This document shows, in pieces, positions 9,677 to 20,000 of a DNA stretch of 20,000 bases. The notes below the pieces were generated by a model. The model was not told the origin of the DNA and did not search any database. It saw nothing but the letters and a program-made list of their open reading frames with translations. The DNA is taken from the NCBI GenBank assembly GCA_003344405.1, contig NOWV01000278.1, positions 48,389 through 68,388 of the forward strand, given 5' to 3'. The number at the start of each line of letters is the position of its first letter. The first letter of the stretch is position 1. The position numbers and the translations under genes are program-made. Origin of the DNA: Trichoplax sp. H2. Its lineage: Eukaryota.

Positions 9677-11641
9677 TTTATCCATTCATAAAAGTTTCAT
9701 ATACTGGGCTATGAAATATTTTCTATTAATCCGGCTATTTACAAGACCTTAGTACTGATTAACCACGTTTCGTTAAGAGTGTTAATTAATATGTTGAACT
9801 GATATCAATGAAAATTCTTGGGTAGATGATTCGCAATTGTCAACCGTTAATAAATAAAAGATAGCAATATATTGGCAACCATTTTTGACGGGATTGGAAA
9901 TAAAATGGCTTTCTTTTCGCGCGTAGAGTACACACAAAGCTAGCTATATTAATTAAGAAAATCTAGCGTTTACATTAAATAACGCATATATGAATATTAA
10001 TGTTGGAATGCGTTATAGGATAATATACTGATACTGATTTGGACGCGCAGAATTATTGTATCGCAGATCTCGATGTAATCTTTATTCAAAGATGGATTTA
10101 AATCCACTCCTGCCGTATTTATGTGCACGTTATGCCAAAAACATGTTATGCACGAAGCTGTCAATCATGAACGATTAACATTATAAATATGTTAATGTAT
10201 GAAGATACATATAGATATCAATATTAGCTTATAATAACGACGTTCTGGAGTCATACACTTAGATAATTAAATTAAAAGAAACGTTTTGCATGGATATTAT
10301 AAAAATTAACGTTAATAATAATTCCTACTGTAGAGGAGCTATTATATTGACTACGAATTCGTTCTAACAATATATAATTAAACCGGCCATCATACACGTA
10401 TATGGTAAACAGTTACTTTAATTTGATGACTAGCCGAAAAGATATTTTATAAATCCATATTGTAATATAATTTTTATGGAAATCCGGAAAGGTTAACGTA
10501 TGTTAAATATATTCAATAAATAGCGAAGAAAGATAAAATTCATGCTAAGGAAAAGATGATTTAAATTTATGCTAAAGGCTTTTCTTTTTATTTAATCGTG
10601 CTGAATATAATACGCTAACTCGTTAAAAGCATTCTTTTATAAAATTTACTAAAGTTCGATAAGTAAACTATTTAGTGTTTACATACTTCATTATCATATC
10701 GTTGAGTCATTAAAGATTTAAATTAGGGTCATTATTAGTTAGTTAATGGAGAAGGTTGGCTACAGGCCTTTCTGAAGAACTTCACCTAATAAAGTGAAAT
10801 ATAATTTCCCTTTAGTGCATATGAAACCCTTTTTATAAGTATCAAGTACTATATGCTGCGTTGCAGCTTACACTATAAATATCTGCAGCTTTAATATGGC
10901 TGGCATTAGCTAGCGCGGTAAAGATATAATTTTCTTCAAATCTATAAATCTCGTTCTTATCCGCGTATTTGATCGATAAAACCTAATTAAGAAGCCTTAA
11001 GGAGCACCTACCTTTAATCTTACAGATTTTATAACGGTTTGTACGCTTTAAATTAGGTGCTCTTGAGAAATAACCTTAGTTATTACGAAATATCAAGTTC
11101 ATTTTCAATTGTGTTTTATCATACTGCAGTATCGGAAGGAGTCTTTCCACATTGAAGCATAATTATTTATTAAATTAGAAAATTTAATACAGTTTCTCTG
11201 TAAGCAAAAAGACGAGATATTTATGCTAGTGTTTCTGAATGGGAACTACCTAGTAATCGAAAGAAGGCAAGGTCACTAAATTTTATTACCTTTATGGTTA
11301 GATAGCAACCGTGGTGACGATACAAGTTTATAATACAGCTTATAATTTCTAACTGAAAATGATTGAAATCCTGAGGATGTATGAATTTAAAAAAGCAGAT
11401 CTTAAAGAAAATCAATAAATTTCGAAATTCGGCTTTATTATGACATAAAATCTTGATAAATTATCAGCTATTTGTATTATTAGATAGGATAATTGCTGCA
11501 ACTCAAGGTATAAATTTATAGCACATACAGTAAGAGCAATAAACCCAAGATAAGAAAATATAAGCTATTAAATTATTAGCATTGCTTGTATTGTATGCTT
11601 AAGTACAGACTAGCAAGCTGACTCATCCTAAAGTTAAACTT

Positions 11642-12871
11642 TTAAACAAACATGACGAAGAAAACAGAATTTTTGGCGGTGGAAGTTACGTACTTTGGAT
11701 TCAGGTCTGGGAAGGCATCACGTGAAATATTGCTTACAAGTCTAGTGTTAATAGATTGCGTAATCACCTGCGAAAATGTAAACTTTCTATTCATATTAAT
11801 TTAGAAATAACAGAAATGAATAGCATAGCCGTATACAAATAAAGAAAAATTCATGATGGTGAAATGCTTTTGGTGAATAAGTCGTAAGTATGCAGATCAT
11901 ATTTTTATGGAACTCTAATATCTGTCATAATAAAAGCATTAGTATAATGACGATTTATGTAAATGTATAGTGCTTCCCACATATTACGAAGTATGAGATA
12001 CTGTAATTTCAAAATTATATCCTAAGATTGTATTTTAGTTTCATCTTTGTGCCTCAAATTGTGAAAAACTAACTTACAATTTCAGTCGTGTTATCATCAT
12101 GCAGATGTATACAGCTGTAAAATATTACAACTGATGATGAAATACGTACATCTTTTAGCGATAACTTAAAAGTTACACCAGTTGCAAGCACTTTCAAGTA
12201 AATTCAAAAAGTGTACTATAACCGGTTACTGTTTCTATTGACGATCATAAAAATTCCTTACAATATTTATTTAAATTTGCAACTAAATATATTGTGTCAG
12301 TTAACATGCTGTAACTTTCATGTTCTCAACTGATTTGCACTTTGGACATTGGCTTTCAAGTCTGGATGTATGGTGTTGGTGGTAATACATCAAGTAATTA
12401 AAATTTTATTACTAGATATTATGCTAATCACACGAATACGTGATAGTTACCCATTATTGAGAGTATACGACCTTTGCATTACCCGAATTTCGCAAACATC
12501 CGCTAGTAAGAGTGAGTAGTTTTAACGGTTAAGGTAACCTAGAGGGCTAATTATATCAATCTAAAGAATAGAGTTGCTACTTTATAATTATTCGCATGTA
12601 TATCATAAAAATATGATATCTCTATGTTAAAGGTGCAGTAACCGCTCAAAATTAGACTATGTGTTAGTTCATAAAACTTGACTGTAATTGTATTGATAGG
12701 AACTTGCCAGAGAGATCTGGTGATATATCGTAATAAAGTATTTTTAACTTCAGGATTGCTTAACTTTTTGTAGCCGATACGGTGGTCTGTAGCAACATAC
12801 TAAATTATCTACTTTGAACGAAAGACTTAATGATAGAGACAGAGCTTACCATTATAATAAGATGAAAGCAT
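11642..12871 (-). CDS. Candidate orphan multi-exon gene (hypothetical protein)
   Basis: Phase-compatible GT-AG exons 12850-12871, [optional 12643-12786], 12451-12502, 12078-12114 and 11642-11767 give MLSSYYNADVCEIRVMQRSYTLNNGCIHLHDDNTTEIVITQSINTRLVSNISRDAFPDLNPKYVTSTAKNSVFFVMFV*. No family recognised and the exact structure is uncertain. Confidence 0.3.
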
Positions 12872-14090
12872 TGCTGATTAACCGGATTGTTTTATCATCT
12901 TGTTAGAATTACGACACATTTAATATCTAGATTGGTATTTAACATGAAAAGTCTGAATTTTTATTATCCACAATTACAGAATTGGGCAAATTAAAATTAA
13001 ATGATAAGATTAGTATTATCAAATTGTACAAGTAGAATTCCAATGAATTACGGTGGAAACAGAAAGCCCTCGAAATGGATATAGTTACATTATTTTATTA
13101 TCATATTCTTTGATGTTTGATGTACTTTTATGCCCATATTGAAGTTATAACGGCTGGAGCTGCGAAAACAATTATATTATAGTGGGAAATAATAATACAA
13201 AAATATTGGTACAGTTAATGAATTAGCTCAGCTAAATCAATAAATAGTGATAATTACTATATGTATCGTAAGTAATGATCTTTAGGATAATTACAATTTT
13301 AGAGGCAGCAAAATTGAAGTTTATTATATTATTACGTAAATTGAACCATTTTATGGAAATCATTTGGAGTGCTTATTGTAGAATGTGATCGTTATCTCTC
13401 AAATAAGAAGTATTAGGATGATGGTACAATCGCGTCTACTGACTTCCAAATTAATCTAGCCTGAAAATTATTTTATCAGGTACAAGTAAATAGGCAACTT
13501 TATATCGCTATAAATCAGACTATTCGATAATTAGAATTACACTAATGTGATATGATTCGATCGCTTTAGGCTTATGATTGCAAGTATATTTATATATATT
13601 TTAGATTTTAATTTTAGTAATTGTGAGAGCTTGAACCGTTTAATTAAACAGGTACGCTTTAACACATTAAATAAAATCGAGGAGAGTTAAAGATTACGCA
13701 ACCTTGCAGAAGATACACGGTAACGTCTTACTTCGCACAAAATGTAAAGAAACAGACGAAACATCATTCGTTCTGATTGATTTTGTCTATTTCAAACTGA
13801 AAGTATGCTTGTGAGATAAAGGGAATGCCATTGGTATTATCGCATTAGATACGAAAACGAATGGCTCGATTTTTCCAAGTAATGTCGATAATCCTCCATG
13901 GTATCTGATTCCTTATTCTCGATAATATGCTTGTTTTATAAGTATACTTGTGGATCTTGCGCAGTTTTTAGCATGTAATGACGTACTAATTCATTTTAGG
14001 TACAAGCATGAGAAAGATATAAGGTTTAATGGCGATAATAACACCAAGTACACTATAAATTATGGAATTTAGATCAATTTTTTGAATCCA

Positions 14091-17000
14091 TCAAACTGAA
14101 TAAGCAGTAGAATGAGATCTTGGCCTTGGCTGATATTTCTCGGATTGTTCAAGACACGGCGCACTTTGATTACGTTTTTTAAACGAAGAAATCCTTTGGA
14201 TCATACGAGGTACCTTACTTGTTTCCGTAATTTGAACCTTTTCTTGCAGAACACATCGTATTTGATTGACAACATCGTGGAATATACTACGAACACGATA
14301 CGAGTTGCCTTTTAACGTTGCTGCACATTCATAAAATGAACAGCCAAATTCCCAAGCTAATTCTTCGCCTTCCTTTCGGCTGACCATACGTTGGTCAGTC
14401 AAATCAGTTTTATTAGCTACAATAACCAATGGCAAACTTTGTAGTTTAGTCTTTTTGCGACTAGTCCACCATTTCTTTCTCATAACTATTTGTTCGACAA
14501 ACTGTCTTGCCATTTGAAAACTTAATCGATCAGTAACTGAGTATACAACAACAAATCCATCCATTCTTCTTAGATATTCAGATGGAATTTTACCATTGCT
14601 GTCCTATTTGGAGAAGGTGGATATTTAATCATAGTCGATTTCGTACTGTAGATAATTGCATACAGATCATAAACTAGTGCACTAACGATGTATAAATAGC
14701 TCTGAAACTGATCGTGATTATTGACCATAGTGTTATTTAAATCTCCTAATCTGAACTCATATCATAGATTAATATCTTAGGTTTAAATGACTTGAAGAAT
14801 TAGATTAATTAGAATGGAATTAATTTCAGTATAATTTTAAATGTATTTAAAACAATCTTGGTAAATTTAATTTTAGATATAGCACAGTATATAATGATCA
14901 ATGTGGTCATATACGGCCACCAGTTGATATGTCATAAAGAGTTGACTAAACAGGTAAAATAATCAGAGTTATACTAGTAAAATAACGTTGTAGACCGTGA
15001 ATAAGCACTATGATGTCATAATCTCAATCTTTCTCAACTCTAATGCTTTAAATTTTTATTTATTTCAATGACAATAACAATCAATAGTCTACAAGCTAAG
15101 GAACGTCTTAATCATGTTATGGAACAATTGTTTGAATAGTCATCAATTGTCTGATTTTAATGTTAATTTTTTTTGTATTGAAAGTGGAGGAGGTTAAAGT
15201 TAGGCAAAGCATACAGTAAAGGTAATTTCAATCATTGCCTTACGTTATCATTATTCCGCCAGATTGAAATCGCTCTATTAATTGATAGCTACAGTATTCT
15301 TTACCATAAGCAAAGGATCGATTTTTAGTTAATGCTACTTACTTGGCCAATGGTATCCAAAATATGTAAGGAAGACTGAATGCCATCAATTTCGTCAGTT
15401 GTTTTGAAGACAGTTCCTTGATGAAAATTGTCTGAAATTAATGCAAATGAGATATGATTAATTCATTTACAACAACAATCATAGCAACAACATTAAACTT
15501 CAATTAAAAAACACTTGTTGATTAGATAAGAATTCGTATGGATTGTAAACTAATTGGTAAGTGAAATTGGAATGTATTTTCCAGATCTTATAACACAAAT
15601 TAGAGGTATATAATCATCAAAATAATCTGATGTGATTGTGCTGGACCGAGATTTATTATTTTTATGTTATACGATACGTATTTTGATTTAGTTTTAAGCT
15701 TACAGAAAAGGTGTTATCATCAATTTATTAAACATATAGCGTTGATTCAATGTGAACAAAGTAAATAAACAACTTCACCACTGTGGGACTTTCACAAAGG
15801 GTATTAATATTGTTGTCAACATATGATGTAGTTTAATTTGATTCGATAAGAGTAAGCGATGTCGTAAGATTAATAAACTTCTTACATTCTGTTGTATCTA
15901 GAAAGTTCTAGCTAAGTAAAAATAGTATATTAATATGAAAGTGTTCTAGCATACAAAAACTTTATTTCTAGTAAATGAGCAAGCCAGTCATCAAAATAAT
16001 GACGTAGAATTCACTTGCAGCTATTATTATGTTAATGACTTTAATAATTACGATCGAAGACAAGAAAAGATTATCGTTTAAGGATCATCATCTTGAACTA
16101 TTGATTTAAGTAATACTAAATTTCATGATGTGGATTGATAATACCTCATTATAAAGTAGATTGAGATTGTAACTTTCAGCTGATAGAAATGGAATTAATC
16201 GCATCAAAGTGGTACATGATTACTGAACACTAATTTTTATATTTTACTGCATTATTGCTATTAAATATGAACTTATTCAATTCAATTCCGAAAGAAGGTT
16301 GGAATTTAGGTGATGGACTATCTGTTAATATTCTTGAAATAATTAGGAATGATTTAGCTAATCGTAGTAGCCAGGTCTTGAACTTATGCAATATCAGGCT
16401 TAAAGTAAGCCAAAAGAGCTAATACATTTATTAAGGACTAAGAATAAAGATAATTGTATAGAACAAATGACTCATCAATTGCTAATTAATGAGAACAATT
16501 ACAGCTATTCTAATAATATTTGAGAGTATCCAGGCGTTGCCTTGGAATAGACTATAAACTAACCTTATTGTTAACGTCTATCTAGGAGATTATATGATAT
16601 TAAGCAGGCCACATTTGCCTGTCTATGTTAGCTACGTGGCGGTAATATGATGAAAATTAATTGAAATATAAGCGAAATTACTTCTTTGACTATAAATTAA
16701 CACTAGCTAAGAGACTATAACTTTATCTTTCTACTGCTAAATTTAAAGTCGATTTCTGTGAGTAAATTAATAATAATGGTAATTTGAAATACAGGAATGT
16801 CAAAATGCATTATGACAAATTAAACTAAGGACGACTGAGTTTCAATTGATGCTGATATTGACCAACCATAGAACGTCTGGAAATTTCCTAATACTTTTAC
16901 TTCTATGACTATTATAATAAAATGCTAATTTATGGTATCTAGATGCAGACAGAGCATCATATCAATACAAGAAGGATCTATAGATACGGTCTTATAAAAA

Positions 17001-18738
17001 ATGCAATTGTATAACGTAACCCTTCTAACTTTATATTAAAATATTGAATTTCTAATGAAATGTTTAACACAGTCAAGTCTAGGCTATGTTTGCGCAGAGG
17101 TAGTAGTCGATTGGACGTCTGATTATTAATGCATGTTATCACGTTATTCGAGAACGGCATGTTTATAATGTTATTTAAATAGATAGATGAGTTATTGACT
17201 TACTAAGTAGGACGTCGTTTTTATCTTGTTTGACTTTGCCAGTCGTATAGCGTTGTGTTAAAGCTGTGAAGGTAAAGAAATGCAGAAATGCGATTAATAT
17301 CAGTGCAAAATATGTACAATCACTTTTTTAATAACTATAGTGAGTCCTGTTCAAGTTAAGAACAGTAGAGACATCAATTCATTCTCCTCTATCTCCTTTT
17401 AATCACGATCTAGCCATCACCTATGGCTTATAGATGAAAGCTTGCCGACGGTTAAAATTGTATATCATTAATGCAAAAATTGAGACATGAATAGTCTCTT
17501 TGATGATTCAGCGATATGTACATTGTTACGGAGAATGACTGATCATTATGTCCGAATCAGGTTGATTTTGAAACAATTGATTTTCTCCATCATCTACTGC
17601 CCTTGAACTAGTCAGTTTCAGACGATTGAAGAAATATTAAACCGTTCAAAGATCATTTTAATTTAATGTAAAGTCGATTTCCGTTCAACGGATGATACCA
17701 ATAATGTTAGCATATTGAATTGATCTTTGCTACATCTCCAGATAATGATAGAAATAATATAATTAGAAGATAGCCATTGGTTAGTTGTTTCTATTGGATT
17801 ATGCGATGACATATTATTTCCTTTACTAAATTTTATTCTATTAAGATCCTATGATTCTTAAGCGATATTGACAGTATCTATAAAACTCGATATTAAACTA
17901 GGAGACATTCATTTCTAATGACGACGTAAACAATCTAAAATAATTTTCGAAATATATGATGGAAAACATACTGCCAAAGTAATCACGTACTAAATTTATT
18001 AATTAGGGACCATTTACATATTGCTCCCTAAAACTTTGGACGAATGTTCATAAATCAACTACTTTCTATATTGATCGAGGCTTAGATGAAAAATAAATTG
18101 TGTGTGGATTTACTTTTTTAAAGAAAGCAATAAAACTAAAGTTTGTCGCAATGCTTATTATCTCATCTACAGAGTACCGTACTAATAGCTTACAGCAAAT
18201 GGACCTACTAATAACTACTGGAATTTCATAAGTGATCCGATGTTAAAGCAATTTATTATCAATTAAGGTACAAAAATTAACCAGAAAAGATGCAGGACTA
18301 GACTCAAATTAAAATACTTTGGTTATTTGGTTTATTAATTTATTTAACTACATTAATTTACAAATTGTTAACGCAAGGAATTTGTCATTTTTAACCGTAG
18401 AATTATCGTAACAAGTGTGGATAGGAAAACGCGATCGTTTAAAGCACTCCTCAAGCTGCTTAGATCGTAGGACTACTATTCATATATCGATAGATTTTAT
18501 AAAGTCATGTAGATATCTGCTAGAACAGTATTTAATACTTTAGAGCTACAACTAAATTCTTACTCTTACCTGATTTGCCGACACATTTTTTACCAACTGT
18601 GCATAATTTATAGTCGGTTATTTCTTCATCCAATTCAGATAATTGAATTTTCTTAGCGTGATGATGTTCTTCTGTTGCTGGTAAGCCAACATGAAGGCTA
18701 GCTGTAGGCAGCGAATAGGTTCTGTCTCTGATTGGCAT
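14091..18738 (-). CDS. Ras-family small GTPase, RERG/RASL11/RASL12-like, 4 coding exons, 276 aa
   Basis: Exons 18570-18738, 17204-17263, 15343-15431 and 14091-14603 have GTAAG donors and compatible phases (1,1,0). Motifs: G1 GKKCVGKSALT, G3 ILDTIGQ, DGFVVVYSVTD, G4 VIVANKTD, G5 FYECAA. No C-terminal CAAX; phase-1 intron right after GKS. Confidence 0.9.
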
Positions 18739-19647
18739 GATGATTTTGATAATGTCAAATTAGTACTGGGTAACTGATCCAAGTAAAAGAATTTCAGTCT
18801 TATAATGTCTTTAAATCTTGATCAAAAAGTCTGAATCTTGTCTCTTGATACGATCAAAATGGTAAGTAAGTCGGTAAGTTCTGGCCAGCAGATTATTGCT
18901 AGACTAAAGTATCAAATAGTATTTCTACAGGTAAAAAAACAGAGAGCAATTGATAGCTTCGTCACTTAGCTAGGTGAATTAGAATGCTTAGCTAACAGCC
19001 AATAATGGGTAAATTTATAGCTTTTGAATCAATGATATGACTAACAAATAGCATTGTTTCGGCGGAACCTTCCATTAATTATCAACTTAACTTGGACTTT
19101 TTGTTTGTTATTCTCATTGCGTGTGTCACAACAATAGAAGTAGAATAAATACAATTAACAGACTATCATGAAAGACATTATTTTATGGTATTTCTCAGAT
19201 ATATTGTAGATATAGAGATTGTATTAAAGAGTCTGTAGAGGTTTATAGACAAATGGTACACGGGACGGGAGTGGGCACGTGAGGAATAAAAGACAGATAT
19301 ATTTGATTATTTAATCGGCATCTAATTTGCGTTATATTATATCATGAATATTTTATCATATTAGCTTTATAGGCATTACATGCCGTAAATTGATACAAAT
19401 GATTGATGATAGCGCAATCATAGCCGACTACGACTGGATCAGTGGATCCATGAAGCTTATTAAAAATTAAATACTTTTGCTGGCTTAACGCTACTTGAAA
19501 ATGACATGACGTAATATCATACATAAATGATGTCTGCGTTCATAGATCAAAGATCGATCTATAGACAAGATTGAAGAGAAATAAAATTTTAATATCACTA
19601 AAACTGTATATGCAGGCTGATTTAAATTATTTGATAGGGTAAGCTTT

Positions 19648-19697
19648 NNNNNNNNNNNNNNNNNNNNNNNNNNNNNNNNNNNNNNNNNNNNNNNNNN
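19648..19697. other. Assembly gap (50 N)
   Basis: Run of N bases in the sequence. Confidence 1.
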
Positions 19698-20000
19698 TGT
19701 CACTGTCATAAAAAGTCAGTGCTATATTAAAATACAGTATATCCAAATTAGAAGTTAACTAAATAAGGATAGTCTAATAGAATTATCCTAACATTGATAT
19801 TTCTACTGTAATACAGTGTATAACACTGTAACAGTATGTTTCTGTTTAATTTATTATTTCACATATAAACAAAATAATATCTAAAAGTCTATTAAATCTA
19901 TTAGTTATGGTTTACTTTGTACGTTATAAAGGAGAATTTTCCTATTCTATGCTCACGAATACTACTATAACGATAGTATTGTGTCTATAATATTAATATA

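Noticed and set aside
13090..13800. Further minus-strand exon-like segments (acceptors near 13160, 13460, 13797; donor near 13731)
   Set aside because: Could not be chained into a convincing open frame with the 11642-12871 candidate; may be UTR exons or chance signals.
14112..14315. 67-aa plus ORF
   Set aside because: Antisense to the last GTPase exon; no independent support.

Overview
AT-rich (roughly one-third GC by eye), intron-containing eukaryotic genomic DNA. Short GT-AG introns, a divergent class A GPCR and a 50-N scaffold gap suggest a compact early-branching animal genome, possibly placozoan/Trichoplax-like (inference only). Manual splice reconstruction gives: (1) a complete 15-coding-exon, 447-aa ACC-synthase-like (ACCS family, PLP-dependent aminotransferase class I/II) gene on the minus strand at 2290-5914; (2) the first coding exon of a tandem ACCS paralog at 47-184 that runs off the left edge; (3) a divergently oriented rhodopsin-family GPCR (8696-9676) with opsin-like motifs but Asp at the retinal-lysine position, plus candidate upstream plus-strand exons (6878-7454) that encode either an N-terminal extension or a separate 87-aa peptide; (4) a 4-exon, 276-aa RERG/RASL11/RASL12-type small GTPase (14091-18738, minus) with a non-canonical switch I, no CAAX and flanking 14-3-3/Akt-type motifs; (5) a low-confidence orphan spliced gene at about 11640-12870; and several local repeats in the ACCS upstream regions. 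No prokaryotic systems, CRISPR arrays, RNA genes or recognisable transposases were seen.
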